Assembly: GCA_005793375.1 (NCBI GenBank)
Contig: SXSK01000318.1
Coordinates: forward strand, 905 to 64,904
Source of the DNA: Verrucomicrobiales bacterium
GTDB lineage: Bacteria; Verrucomicrobiota; Verrucomicrobiia; Limisphaerales; UBA9464
Direction: 5' to 3'
Length of the DNA stretch: 64,000 bases
The position numbers and the translations under genes were made by a program. Each line of letters starts with the position of its first letter. Within the stretch, counting starts at the first letter, position 1. Shown piece by piece: positions 25,832 to 37,016 of the stretch. A model generated the notes under the pieces. It had not been told where the DNA came from, did no database searches, and saw only the letters and a program-made list of their open reading frames with translations.

Positions 25832-26674
25832 ATGATGAAAATCCGGAAAGCTGTCATCACCGCCGCGGGAAAGTCCCAACGAACGCTGCCGCTCCAAACT
25901 TTGGTGGATCGCGATGGCACGCCTAAAACGGCGCTGGCAATCATTGTGGAAGAGGCCTTGGCCGCCGGGATTGAAGAGATCGGGATTGTGGTTCATCCAG
26001 GGGATGCGCCGGCTTTTGCCATGGCGGCGGCCGCGCATGCATCGCGGATTGAGTTTATTGAGCAACATGAACCCCTCGGGTACGGACATGCGGTGGCGTG
26101 TGCCTCCGAATTTGCGGGTGATGCGCCGATTTTGCTTCTGGTGGGTGATCATGTCTACGTGAGCACTGAATCCAAAGGTTGTGCCCGCCAACTCGTGGAG
26201 ATCGCCGCCGCGGAAGCCTGTGCCGTTTCAGCAGTCCAACCCACGCATGAGAGCAAGCTCCCGTTTTTTGGGGCTGTTGGAGGACGCCGAGTCCCGGCTC
26301 GGGTCGGACTTTACGAAATCAGTGACGTTCTGGAGAAACCCACTCCGACAGTTGCCGAACAAAGTCTGATCGTTCCTGGATTGAGGACCGCCCATTATCT
26401 GTGCTTTTTCGGCATGCACGTCCTCACGCCGATGGTGATGGAGTTGCTGAAGGATTTGATGCAATCCCATCCTACCCGTGTCGTGCACTTGTCTTCCTCG
26501 CTGGCTGAACTGGCTAGAAATGAACGATACCTCGCCGCCGAACTGAAGGGGCGTCGACATGATATCGGTGCCAAATATGGGCTGCTGACTGCCCAATTGG
26601 CGTTGGGTTTGGCGGGCCGGGACCGCGAAGAGATCCTATCGACACTGGTCGAGCTGCTTGCGGCGACTCGGTGA
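25832..26674 (+). CDS. Sugar-phosphate nucleotidyltransferase (GalU/UGPase-like)
   Basis: [28 protein letters not shown]...[15 protein letters not shown]...EPLGYGHAV...LLLVGDH. The glycine-rich loop is atypical (GKSQRTLP rather than GLGTRFLP), so substrate is uncertain. Confidence 0.7.
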   Translation: MMKIRKAVITAAGKSQRTLPLQTLVDRDGTPKTALAIIVEEALAAGIEEIGIVVHPGDAPAFAMAAAAHASRIEFIEQHEPLGYGHAVACASEFAGDAPILLLVGDHVYVSTESKGCARQLVEIAAAEACAVSAVQPTHESKLPFFGAVGGRRVPARVGLYEISDVLEKPTPTVAEQSLIVPGLRTAHYLCFFGMHVLTPMVMELLKDLMQSHPTRVVHLSSSLAELARNERYLAAELKGRRHDIGAKYGLLTAQLALGLAGRDREEILSTLVELLAATR

Positions 26675-26896
26675 AGGCTCCAGCGTTGCCCCCGAGAGCG
26701 TTTGGACTTGGGCAAGTCGGTTGAGCCTCAACCGTGAACTAACCTCCCACGAGTGGGCCTTGGACTGGGGTGCGTATGCCGAGTCTAACAAACCCTCGAT
26801 CCTCCGTGGCACTCGATTCGCACGCCCGGGGTGTATCCAGTGTGACCAAAACGAAGTGGTGACGAATTCCAGTGCCGATGGCACATTGCTGGAGCC

Positions 26897-28378
26897 ATGA
26901 ACTTGAATTCAGCGGGACCAAGAACATGCCTAGGAATCAGCCGCCGTTCATTCCTGGCGGACACTGGCATGGGGTTCACGGGACTCGCTTTGGGAGCCAT
27001 GCTTTTTCGCGATGGGGTTGGGGTCAGGGCTGAGGACACCTCGGGTTTGGCATCCATTCCCGGAGTCTTGCCGAATAATACTCCTCGTGCGCGTTCGGTC
27101 ATCTGGATCTTTCTTTGTGGCGGCGTGAGCCATCTCGAAAGCTTCGACGTCAAACCCGAGTTGAATCGTTACGCGGGTAAGTCCATCGCTGAAACGCCGC
27201 ACGCTGGCGTGTTGGCCACGGAGAACAAGGATGTCATCGGGGGCAATCCCGCCCATGGAAATCGCAAAGTGATTCTGCCGCTTCAGACTGGTTTTAAGAC
27301 CTATGGTCAATCCGGGCTGGTGGCTGGGGATTGGTTTCAGCACATCGGGGCGTGCGCGGATGACCTTGCCGTGGTGCGGTCACTCTGGACTGTTCATAAT
27401 GATCATGGCGCCCAGCTGACCTGGCAAACGGGGCGCCATCCGAGAGAGTTGGAACATCCAACAGTGGGCGCTTGGGCCTGCTATGGGTTGGGTTCTTTTA
27501 ATGAAAATCTCCCGGAGTATGTCGTGCTGGGTGTGCCGACCGGCGACTGTTGCGGGGGGACATTCACCTATGGTGCTTCGTATTTGGGGCCGGAACATGG
27601 CGGTGTGCGCCTGAGTACTGACCCTAAGAACCCATTGCCGTTCATTCGTCCCCCAGAAGGAACCCTGACCCAGGAAGAACAATCCGCCAACCTCAGCTTG
27701 CTGGGACGTCTCAATCGACTGTCTGGCATCGACTATCCAGACGACCAAAACCTACGGGCACGTATCAAGTCTTACGAGCTGGCGTTTCAGATGCAATCCA
27801 GTGTCCCAGAAACGCTCGAGCTGGAACGTGAACCGCAGCACATCCGAGAACTTTACGGACTGAACCAAGATCAAACGCGCACTTTTGGTCAACAATGCTT
27901 GGTCGCTCGCCGGCTCGTGGAACGTGGTGTTCGGTTCGTTCAGTTATTTCATGGCGGCGGTGGCGGCGGCGCATGGGACGCCCATAGCGAGATCAAGAGC
28001 AACCATACCAGCCTCGCGGCGCAGGTCGACAAACCTGTGGCCGGACTCCTTATCGACCTCAAGCAGCGAGGGCTGCTCGACGATACGCTGGTGGTCTTTG
28101 GCACAGAATTCGGTCGCTCGCCAGGAGCCCAGGAATCTGGTCGCGATCACCATCCTCAAGGCTTCTGTGCGTGGTTAGCCGGAGGTGGCGTCCGAGGCGG
28201 TGCCCAACATGGACGCACCGATGAACTTGGGTTCCACGCCGTCGAAGACCGCCACTACGTCACGGACATCCACGCGACCGTGTTGCATCAATTAGGGTTG
28301 GATTCTCGTCGGTTGGAGGTTCCCGGCCGCAAGCGACTCGATCTCGACCACGGTTCCCCGATCCGTGCGATCCTCTAA
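26897..28378 (+). CDS. DUF1501 protein (sulfatase/phosphatase-like fold, Tat signal)
   Basis: Tat-like SRRSFLADTGMGFTGLALGA, then IWIFLCGGVSHLESFD...WDAHS...VVFGTEFGRSP...GRDHHP, the typical DUF1501 pattern. Confidence 0.9.
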   Translation: MNLNSAGPRTCLGISRRSFLADTGMGFTGLALGAMLFRDGVGVRAEDTSGLASIPGVLPNNTPRARSVIWIFLCGGVSHLESFDVKPELNRYAGKSIAETPHAGVLATENKDVIGGNPAHGNRKVILPLQTGFKTYGQSGLVAGDWFQHIGACADDLAVVRSLWTVHNDHGAQLTWQTGRHPRELEHPTVGAWACYGLGSFNENLPEYVVLGVPTGDCCGGTFTYGASYLGPEHGGVRLSTDPKNPLPFIRPPEGTLTQEEQSANLSLLGRLNRLSGIDYPDDQNLRARIKSYELAFQMQSSVPETLELEREPQHIRELYGLNQDQTRTFGQQCLVARRLVERGVRFVQLFHGGGGGGAWDAHSEIKSNHTSLAAQVDKPVAGLLIDLKQRGLLDDTLVVFGTEFGRSPGAQESGRDHHPQGFCAWLAGGGVRGGAQHGRTDELGFHAVEDRHYVTDIHATVLHQLGLDSRRLEVPGRKRLDLDHGSPIRAIL

Positions 28379-28579
28379 GTGAGACGCTGGGGCTGGCATT
28401 GGGGCGTGCCTAGGTTTGTTCTCCAGGCAGGTGGCTGCGATTCAGGCTAGACAACTGAAGGCCAACTGGTTTAGTGCTTAGGCGAAGTTCCACCAAACTG
28501 TTATCGGGGCTGAATCGTCTGCCCAGGATCGCCTGAGTTACCGACCTCTGCCTCCACGTTGCGTTCTTCACTTAAAGCT

Positions 28580-29395
<816 letters not shown>

Positions 29396-29452
29396 ACCCT
29401 TTGGCACTTGTGTGGCGAAACCAGGTGCTTCCCTAAGTCATCCCAACGGCAT

Positions 29453-32326
29453 ATGCTGGCGCCGATGGGTCCGATCAAACCAACCGGTAGAAATGGGTGG
29501 ATCCTGGCGTCTATGGTGGGCTTGGCCGCGTGGGTATTGTTTCGGGCACACGGCGCCTCCTCGGACCTGGACTTGGACTATCGACAGGAGGTCAAGCCCG
29601 TCTTGAAGGCCCGCTGTTTCGCGTGTCATGGCGCGTTGAAGCAAAAGTCGGAACTGCGGCTGGACACAGCGGCCGCGATTCATCGGGGGAGCAAGAATGG
29701 CCCCGTGATTCTGACGAACGCTGTCGAGACCAGTGTTCTATTGAAGCGTCTGGTGACCGGGGACAAGGAGGAGCGCATGCCACCGGAAGGTGAGCCATTG
29801 ACGGCGTTAGAGATCGAGGCGGTTCGACGTTGGATTGCCTCAGGAGCCCCAACCCCTCCAGGCGAATTGCAGGAGCCGGACCCCCGTCGGCACTGGGCCT
29901 TTCAACAACCGGTCCGGCCTGAGATCCCGGAAGTTTCGGTGCCTGGCTTTGAAATCCGGAACCCCATCGATGCGTTCTTGGCAGCCACGTGGCGTCAGCA
30001 AGGCATGGTGCCGGCGCCTCCCGCCGACCAGAGCCAGTGGCTTCGGCGGGTCCATGTCGATTTAATCGGATTGCCGCCGACCGTGGAGCAGCGTCGGCAA
30101 TTTCTGGACGACAACCGCCCGGACGCCCGCGAGCGGGTGGTGGAGCAACTGCTGAATTCACCCAGACACGGTGAGCGATGGGCGCGTCATTGGATGGATG
30201 TTTGGCGCTACGCGGATTGGTTTGGGCGTCGACACGTGCCGGATGTGTGGAATTCCGCGCCCCAGATTTGGCGGTGGCGGGATTGGATCGTGCGTTCCTT
30301 GAACGACGACAAGGGCTACGATCGAATGATTCAGGAGATGTTGGCCGGTGATGAGTTGGCGCCAGAGAACCCGGAGATCACGGTGGCCACGGGGTTCCTG
30401 GTTCGGAATTGGTATGCGCTGAACCCGAACCAGTGGATGCGCGAGAACGTGGAACATACCGCCAAAGCATTCCTCGGACTCACCCTCAATTGCGCCCATT
30501 GCCACGATCATAAATACGACCCCATCACCCAGATGGATTACTTCCGTTTTCGCGCATTCTTCGAGCCACTGGGTCTACGTCAGGATTGGGTGGCAGGCGA
30601 ATCGGATCCGGGTCCGTTTCAGAAGTACGATTACTCCAGCCTGCGGAAGGTGGTGAAACATGGCACGGTTCAAGTATTCGATGAAATGCCATCGGCCAAG
30701 ACGTACATTTACGAGGGTGGCGACGAACGTGCATTCCTGCCCGGGAAACCGTCGGCAGATCCGGCCGTGCCGGCGTTCCTTTCCCACTCGGCCGTTCCCA
30801 TCAAGCCGGTGTCGCTACCTACCGACGTGAGTTACCCCGGGCTCAAATCATTTATTCGCGAAGCACGGCTGCGTGACACCACCGCAACGATGGAGTCGGC
30901 AATCAGCGCCTTAGGGGAAGCAACTCGTCAACGCACCATGATTCTGGAGGAAACGGCGCGGGACTTGTCGAGCAAGGCCATGAGCAACTTAGCGCGGGCG
31001 GAAACCACATGGCTGCGAGCCTCCAATCGGGTGGCGCTCACCCGGGCTGAGTCGGAGTCAATCCAGGCCCGGCTCGACGCGGACCTGGCCGTGCACCGAG
31101 CGGGTGCCAAAGATACCAATGACGTCGTAAAACGTGCCTCTCAGGCAGAGCGAGCCGTGGCCGTTGTCAAAGTTCGGCAAAAGCTATCTGAGACTCGGGC
31201 ATCCTTGAGTTTGTTGGAGCAGGAACAGGGCTTGGCAGCCGCCCGTCGAAGTTTGGCGGGTTTGGATGCGGCCAAGGAAACCAAGCAACAGGCGGAAAAC
31301 GAGGCGCTGCGCAAGAAGCTGCTGGATCAGTTGGCTATGGAGGAAAAGGCCCTGCAGGCGGCCGAGGTAGCGCTCGGCACTAACTCCACACGATACACCG
31401 CTCTCAGCCCCATATATCCCTCGCAAAGCACCGGACGCCGCTTGTCGCTCGTTCGCTGGATGGCGCAGCGAGACAATCCCCTGGTGGCGCGGGTTGCGGT
31501 CAATCATGTGTGGAAGTGGCATTTCCACGAACCCTTGGTGAAATCGGTTTATGACTTCGGACGCAACGGGGCTCCGCCTTCCCATCCCGAATTGCTCGAC
31601 TGGCTCGCCGTGGAGTTGATGGAGCATCAGTGGAGCTTGAAGCACCTCCATCGATTGATCACGTCCAGCAGTGCGTACGGCCTTGCCAGCATGCGGCGTC
31701 GAACATCGCCGGATCGTTTATCGATCTCCAATCAGCCGCCCGTGTTGTTATCGGATCCGGATCCGGATTCCGACCTCGAGAATCGATGGTTTTCGCGCAT
31801 GAATGTGGGACGTTTGGAGTCGGAGATTGTCCGGGACGCGGTATTGTTCGTGGCTGGTTCGCTGGATCTCAAGGCGGGAGGGTATCCTCTGGAAAACACC
31901 GCCGCCGATACGCTTCCGCAACGGAGCCTGTATTTTGAATGTTTTCCGGAGGAAGGGGGTCACGATGCCTTTACGACGATGTTTGATCCGCCCGATCCGG
32001 GCGAGTGCTATCGGCGCACACGAACGATCATTCCGCAACAGGCGTTGGCGCTTTCGAACAGCCAGTTCTTGGAGACTCAAAGCACTCGATTGGCGGAACG
32101 TTTGTGGAACGGTGAGACCAATCAGGGTCAGTCCGTAGAGGCGTTTATTTCGGTGGTTTTTGAGCGGATTCTGAATCGGTCAGCCACGCCGGCTGAACTC
32201 CAACTCGGGTTTGACTATCTGGGAGGATCCGGTGGCGGAGCGTTGGCCAAACCGGAAGCCGCCAAGCGCCGGATTAGCTTTGTCCGGGCACTGTTTAATC
32301 ATAACGATTTTGTGAGCGTGCGTTGA
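29453..32326 (+). CDS. PSCyt1 (CxxCH) / DUF1549 (PSCyt2) / DUF1553 (PSD1) protein
   Basis: CFACHGALKQKSELRLD heme-binding motif. DUF1549 block NPIDAFL...RRVHVDLIGLPPT...LLNSPRHGERWARHWMDVWRYAD...CAHCHDHKYDPI, and DUF1553 block RLSLVRWM...NPLVARVAVNHVWKWHF...GEC. Confidence 0.9.
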   Translation: MLAPMGPIKPTGRNGWILASMVGLAAWVLFRAHGASSDLDLDYRQEVKPVLKARCFACHGALKQKSELRLDTAAAIHRGSKNGPVILTNAVETSVLLKRLVTGDKEERMPPEGEPLTALEIEAVRRWIASGAPTPPGELQEPDPRRHWAFQQPVRPEIPEVSVPGFEIRNPIDAFLAATWRQQGMVPAPPADQSQWLRRVHVDLIGLPPTVEQRRQFLDDNRPDARERVVEQLLNSPRHGERWARHWMDVWRYADWFGRRHVPDVWNSAPQIWRWRDWIVRSLNDDKGYDRMIQEMLAGDELAPENPEITVATGFLVRNWYALNPNQWMRENVEHTAKAFLGLTLNCAHCHDHKYDPITQMDYFRFRAFFEPLGLRQDWVAGESDPGPFQKYDYSSLRKVVKHGTVQVFDEMPSAKTYIYEGGDERAFLPGKPSADPAVPAFLSHSAVPIKPVSLPTDVSYPGLKSFIREARLRDTTATMESAISALGEATRQRTMILEETARDLSSKAMSNLARAETTWLRASNRVALTRAESESIQARLDADLAVHRAGAKDTNDVVKRASQAERAVAVVKVRQKLSETRASLSLLEQEQGLAAARRSLAGLDAAKETKQQAENEALRKKLLDQLAMEEKALQAAEVALGTNSTRYTALSPIYPSQSTGRRLSLVRWMAQRDNPLVARVAVNHVWKWHFHEPLVKSVYDFGRNGAPPSHPELLDWLAVELMEHQWSLKHLHRLITSSSAYGLASMRRRTSPDRLSISNQPPVLLSDPDPDSDLENRWFSRMNVGRLESEIVRDAVLFVAGSLDLKAGGYPLENTAADTLPQRSLYFECFPEEGGHDAFTTMFDPPDPGECYRRTRTIIPQQALALSNSQFLETQSTRLAERLWNGETNQGQSVEAFISVVFERILNRSATPAELQLGFDYLGGSGGGALAKPEAAKRRISFVRALFNHNDFVSVR

Positions 32327-32429
32327 GGCTGGCAAGGTGAACCTCCGTGAGAATCATGGCTCCCCCGGGCTCACTTACACGCTGGGCAGTGTTGACCTAC
32401 GGCATTCTGTTCGCTAGGCATCGAGTCCT

Positions 32430-32855
32430 GTGGCACTCGAAACAACGCTTATTCTTTTCAAACCCGACGCGGTCAGCAAAGGGCTCGTCGGCCAAGTTCT
32501 CGCGCGATTTGAAGGCGCCGGACTCAAGATCCGAGGCATCAAAATGCTTCAGTTTGGGGACGCCCTCCTTCGGGAGCACTATTCCCATATCGCCTCGAAA
32601 CCGTTCTTCCCTGACGTCCAGAAGTTTATGCAGCAAACTCCGATCGTCGCCCTCGCTTTAGCCGGAGAAGACGCCGTGGCGCAGGTGCGCAGTTTGCTGG
32701 GTCCCACCGATTCGAAGAAGGCACCCAAAGGATCCATCCGCGGCGATCTTGGTATCGATGTGATGGTCAATGTCTGCCATGCATCGGATTCCACTGAGGC
32801 CGCCGCCGCCGAACTGAATCGGTTCTTCCGCGACGACGAACTCTTCTCACGTTGA
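32430..32855 (+). CDS. ndk: Nucleoside diphosphate kinase
   Basis: GTG start. TLILFKPDAV...HYSHIASKPFF...GPTDSKKAPKGSIRGDLG...NVCHASDS includes the catalytic His. Confidence 0.93.
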   Translation: MALETTLILFKPDAVSKGLVGQVLARFEGAGLKIRGIKMLQFGDALLREHYSHIASKPFFPDVQKFMQQTPIVALALAGEDAVAQVRSLLGPTDSKKAPKGSIRGDLGIDVMVNVCHASDSTEAAAAELNRFFRDDELFSR

Positions 32856-32963
32856 TGGCGGGAGACGTGGGTCAGGGTGCCCGCCGGCCAGTAGGCTGCC
32901 GTTCCAGTCCGATGCCGAAGATAACCTGACAAACCTCCTCGCCCGCCAACACGGAGCAAATCC

Positions 32964-33872
32964 ATGACCTTGCGACGAACAGCCATCCGGTTGCTTCAGT
33001 GCGTGTTGGGATTTGCGGTGGTTGCGGGGTCGATCGCCGGTGGCTTGTGGATCTATTTTCATCCAGCGTTTCGATGGGAGGCGGGGATTGTGTACGGCGA
33101 GCGGCACGGCCGACCCCTGACCCTGGATGTGGTGTCACCTGAGAAGCCCAATGGACTCGGAGTGGTGCTTATGGTGAGTGGTGGGTGGAAATCCGGTACG
33201 AATTCGTTTCGAAGCTGGATGGTGGCGCCCCTGCTTCGGCGCGGGTACACGGTGTTCCCCGTGTATCATATCTCCCAGCCGACCTCGACGGTCATGGAGA
33301 TCTACGACGATGTCTCCAAGGCGGTGCGCTTGGTACGACATCGGGCCAAGGAATTCGGGGTGGACCCCGATCGCCTGGGAGTGACCGGCGGCAGCGCTGG
33401 CGGACATTTGAGCCTGATGCTCGCGACGCGAGGCGGTCCAGGACCCGCAGATGCCAAGGATCCGGTGGAGCGCGAAAGCAGTGCCGTTCAGGCCGTCGCG
33501 ATCTTCTATCCGGTCACGGATCTTCTAAATCCTGGGGAATCCACCGAGAACCTGCATGACGGAGGACCGCCTAAGAGTTTCGTGAAGGCGTTTGGGCCGC
33601 AAGCGACGAACTTGGCGGTCTGGAAGGTGATCGGCCGGGAACTGTCGCCGATTTACCATCTCCATTCCAATTCTCCACCCACCCTGATCTACCATGGTGA
33701 TGCGGACACCTTGGTGACCTTGGATCAATCTCAGCGATATCAAGCGCGAGCTCGGGAGTTCGGACGAATCGTGGAACTGGTGGTTCACCCGGGCGGCGGT
33801 CACGGTTGGCTGTCCATGCTGTGGGACATCCATGCCTTTGCCGATTGGTTCGATCGATATCTCCAAACTTGA
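32964..33872 (+). CDS. Alpha/beta hydrolase (esterase-like), N-terminal membrane anchor
   Basis: VVLMVSGGWKSG oxyanion region, nucleophile elbow GVTGGSAGGHLS, then HGDADTLV and GGGHGW. Confidence 0.8.
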   Translation: MTLRRTAIRLLQCVLGFAVVAGSIAGGLWIYFHPAFRWEAGIVYGERHGRPLTLDVVSPEKPNGLGVVLMVSGGWKSGTNSFRSWMVAPLLRRGYTVFPVYHISQPTSTVMEIYDDVSKAVRLVRHRAKEFGVDPDRLGVTGGSAGGHLSLMLATRGGPGPADAKDPVERESSAVQAVAIFYPVTDLLNPGESTENLHDGGPPKSFVKAFGPQATNLAVWKVIGRELSPIYHLHSNSPPTLIYHGDADTLVTLDQSQRYQARAREFGRIVELVVHPGGGHGWLSMLWDIHAFADWFDRYLQT

Positions 33873-33946
33873 GAGCGTGCTGGGGAGATGTGGAAAGGTC
33901 CGATTCAAATTGCGTTCGTGAATCGCAAGATCGAGCTTCCTAAGCG

Positions 33947-36304
33947 ATGGCACAGACGAGCATCCAATTTCGACCGCGTGGTACAGGCGGTGCGCCGGGA
34001 AGTGTGACGGGTGCACGCACTGAAGTTGTCATTGAGGGCATGACCTGTGGCAACTGCGCGCGGCATGCCACAGAGGCATTGCAGGGAGTGCCTGGGGTGG
34101 CGTTTGCTGTGGTAGATTTGGCGCAGGGACGTGCCACGGTTCGTTGGCATCCGAACGTCAATCTGGCACCGCAGAAATTGGTGGAAGCCGTGACGGGCGC
34201 GGGGTTTGTAGGGCGTCTCGTTAGCGCGGCAGCTATGGGGGTAACCGTTGCACCTTCAACGGCTTCAACCACGTCGACCAATCCCTGGAAACGTTCCCTG
34301 CAACTTGGAATTCCAGCCACCGCATTACTCCTCGGTGGAGATTGGTTGATGGGGTGGGGCATGCACCGCTGGTTTCATTGGGTTGGCTTTTGGGTGGCGC
34401 TGCCGGTTCAGATTCTGGCGGGTGCGGGCTTTTATCAAGGTGCTTGGCGTCAGTTAAAGGCCCGGTCGGCCAACATGGATACTCTCGTGTCGTTGGGTTC
34501 AACAGCGGCCTTTGGATTTAGTGTCTGGGCTTTGTTAACTCGCGCGGTTCCGCACCTTTTTTTCGCGGAATCGGTGACCATTCTCACGCTCATCAGCTTG
34601 GGGCATCGGTTGGAATCGGGGATGAGCACCAAGGCTGGGGAAGCTTTGCGCGTACTGCTGGAACTGTCCCCACCCAAAGCCCGAAAGCTCTCCCCCAAGC
34701 CGGGCTCACAAGCTTCGGTCGATTCTGTGGACCTCTGGACAGAGTCTGAAGTCCCGGTGGCAACTTTGGTTGTCGGAGATCGGATCGTGATTAAGCCAGG
34801 GGATCGAGTGCCAGTCGACGCCGAAGTGGTCGAGGGCCGGTCGAGTTTGGACGAATCAATGCTCACGGGAGAATCCATGCCTGTTGAAAAAGCCTTGGGG
34901 AGTTCGGTACTCGCGGGAACTTCCAATCAATCGGGTCGTTTGGTGGCTCGGGTCATGGCCACCGGTGAAGCGACCGCGTTGGCGGGCATTGTCGCCGCAG
35001 TGCAGCGTGCCCAATCGAGTCGGGCACACATCCAACGGCTCGCCGATCAAGTCAGTTCGGTCTTTGTCCCAGTGGTAATTGCCATTGCGGTACTGGCCGG
35101 ATCCCTGTGGCTGTTTATACCAGAATCGACGCGGGCCTGGCACCAGACATGGAGCGGATGGTTTTGGCACACACAGATTCCGGAATCCAATGTGGCGGCG
35201 GCTTTTTATGTGGTCTGCTCGGTACTGATCGTGGCCTGCCCCTGCGCCATGGGAATCGCCACCCCCGTGGCCCTGATGGCCGGAGTGAATGCCGCGGCAC
35301 GCCGGGGCATTTTGATTCGAGATGCCCAGGCGCTTGAGAAGTCAGGGACGGTGACGGCAATTGTCTTCGACAAGACGGGGACGCTCACCGAAGGCGCGCC
35401 AAAGGTGACCCAGGTGCACTTGTTTGGCGGATCTATCGAGCGAGCGGATGCGCTTCGATTGGCGGCATCGATGGCGCGTTCGTCGCAGCATCCCCTCAGC
35501 CAAGCGATTGCCAAATTGGATCCATCCACACTCCCGCTCGCCGATGTCGAAGAGGTGCGAGGCTCGGGCATCCAAGCCAGGCATTCGGTCTCAGGACCGA
35601 ATGGGACGCCGGTTCGGGTGAGACTGGGATCGTTGGCCTGGCTGGCAGGTGACGGCGTGGACTTGACCCCTGGTAGCGCTGCTGCCGAAATGGAATTTCA
35701 ATCCGGAGGTTCCGTAATCGGTTTATCTGTGGGTCACCAACTTATCGCACTGCTGACGGTTCGCGACACACTCAAACCGCAGGCGGTGGCATTGATTGCC
35801 GAGCTGCGCGCCCGTCCCTTCGAGCACCGCGCCTATCTGTTGTCGGGAGATCATCCACGTGCGGTGGAATTTGTCGCCCGGGAGTTGGGAGTGGACGGGT
35901 CGTTTGCGGAGGTTCGACCTGAAGAAAAGGCAGCGAAGATTCGGGAACTGCAGTCGCGAGGATTGAAAGTCGCATTTGTGGGCGATGGCATCAATGATGC
36001 ACCGGCGTTGGCGCAGGCCGACTTAGGCATTGCCGTGGCACGGGCCAGTGATGCGGCCCGTGAAGCTGCCGACATCGTCTTATTACGTTCGGATCTGACC
36101 GGGGTCCGGGATGCGTTGATGCTGTCGAGGGCGACCTTGAGGACGATTCGTCAGAATCTGTTTTGGGCGTTTTTTTACAATGCCGCGGCGGTTCCGTTGG
36201 CCGCCCTGGGTTTGCTGAGTCCGGTAGTTTGTGCACTGTCCATGGGCCTATCCGATGTGATTGTGATTGGCAATGCGTTGAGACTTTCGCGGAAAAAAGT
36301 TTGA
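33947..36304 (+). CDS. copA: Copper-translocating P1B-type ATPase
   Basis: HMA domain GMTCGNCARHATEAL, TM CPC motif (IVACPCAMGIATP), phosphorylation site FDKTGTLTEG, SQHPLS and GDGINDAPAL. Confidence 0.95.
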   Translation: MAQTSIQFRPRGTGGAPGSVTGARTEVVIEGMTCGNCARHATEALQGVPGVAFAVVDLAQGRATVRWHPNVNLAPQKLVEAVTGAGFVGRLVSAAAMGVTVAPSTASTTSTNPWKRSLQLGIPATALLLGGDWLMGWGMHRWFHWVGFWVALPVQILAGAGFYQGAWRQLKARSANMDTLVSLGSTAAFGFSVWALLTRAVPHLFFAESVTILTLISLGHRLESGMSTKAGEALRVLLELSPPKARKLSPKPGSQASVDSVDLWTESEVPVATLVVGDRIVIKPGDRVPVDAEVVEGRSSLDESMLTGESMPVEKALGSSVLAGTSNQSGRLVARVMATGEATALAGIVAAVQRAQSSRAHIQRLADQVSSVFVPVVIAIAVLAGSLWLFIPESTRAWHQTWSGWFWHTQIPESNVAAAFYVVCSVLIVACPCAMGIATPVALMAGVNAAARRGILIRDAQALEKSGTVTAIVFDKTGTLTEGAPKVTQVHLFGGSIERADALRLAASMARSSQHPLSQAIAKLDPSTLPLADVEEVRGSGIQARHSVSGPNGTPVRVRLGSLAWLAGDGVDLTPGSAAAEMEFQSGGSVIGLSVGHQLIALLTVRDTLKPQAVALIAELRARPFEHRAYLLSGDHPRAVEFVARELGVDGSFAEVRPEEKAAKIRELQSRGLKVAFVGDGINDAPALAQADLGIAVARASDAAREAADIVLLRSDLTGVRDALMLSRATLRTIRQNLFWAFFYNAAAVPLAALGLLSPVVCALSMGLSDVIVIGNALRLSRKKV

Positions 36305-36338
36305 GGACAGGATGTGATTTTGGTGTATACGTAGTCCT

Positions 36339-36656
36339 GTGAACACAATGCGCACACTTCGATCGATCCTTGTGGGTGGTATGGTTGGTGTTTCCTCCCT
36401 CGTCCTTTGGACTGGATGTTCTGAACAGAACTCATCGTCGTCGCCTGCCGCCGGTGCCGATGCGACGGCCAAGGCTTATACCTTGGACACCTGCATGGTG
36501 AGTGATGAAAAGCTCGGGTCCATGGGTGACCCGGTCATTAAGGTCTACGCGGGCCAGCAAGTGAAGTTCTGCTGCAACTCTTGTGTGAAGGATTTTGAAA
36601 AAGACCAGGCCAAGTTTCTGGCGAAGATCACTGCGGCGACTGCGGCAAAGAAATAG
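36339..36656 (+). CDS. Small lipoprotein with YHS/TRASH-like Cys motif (paralog 1)
   Basis: Signal plus lipobox-like LWTGC, then YTLDTCMVSDEKLGSMGDPVIKVYAGQQVKFCCNSCVKDFEKDQAKF, which follows a C-X25-C-X3-C pattern. The ORF opens at GTG 36339; the first ATG is at 36348. Confidence 0.75.
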   Translation: MNTMRTLRSILVGGMVGVSSLVLWTGCSEQNSSSSPAAGADATAKAYTLDTCMVSDEKLGSMGDPVIKVYAGQQVKFCCNSCVKDFEKDQAKFLAKITAATAAKK

Positions 36657-36710
36657 TTCCAACCCATTTCAATCCTTAGCTTTAAAATTTCATTCTCAAC
36701 AGTTAATACT

Positions 36711-36968
36711 ATGAAGTCAGTTCGTTCTCTGTTCGCCCTGGGTGCCTTGGCTGTTGTCTTTGCCGGATGCCAATCGCAATCGCACACCGCCACCGCTGGC
36801 GCCAAGCCCTATAAACTCAAGACTTGCATCGTCAGCGATGAGGAATTGGGTAGTATGGGAGATCCCATCGTCAAGGTGGTGAACGGGCAGGAAGTGAAGT
36901 TTTGCTGTAAGTCGTGTATCGGAGATTTCGACAAGAATCCTCAGAAGTACCTGTCGAAGGTCAAATAA
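36711..36968 (+). CDS. Small lipoprotein with YHS/TRASH-like Cys motif (paralog 2)
   Basis: Signal plus VFAGC lipobox, then YKLKTCIVSDEELGSMGDPIVKVVNGQEVKFCCKSCIGDFDKNPQKY. The mature domain is clearly homologous to the preceding ORF. Confidence 0.78.
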   Translation: MKSVRSLFALGALAVVFAGCQSQSHTATAGAKPYKLKTCIVSDEELGSMGDPIVKVVNGQEVKFCCKSCIGDFDKNPQKYLSKVK

Positions 36969-37016
36969 TTGGGTCTTGAACAGATATCCCTTTGAGGGTG
37001 TCGAATTGGAGACATT

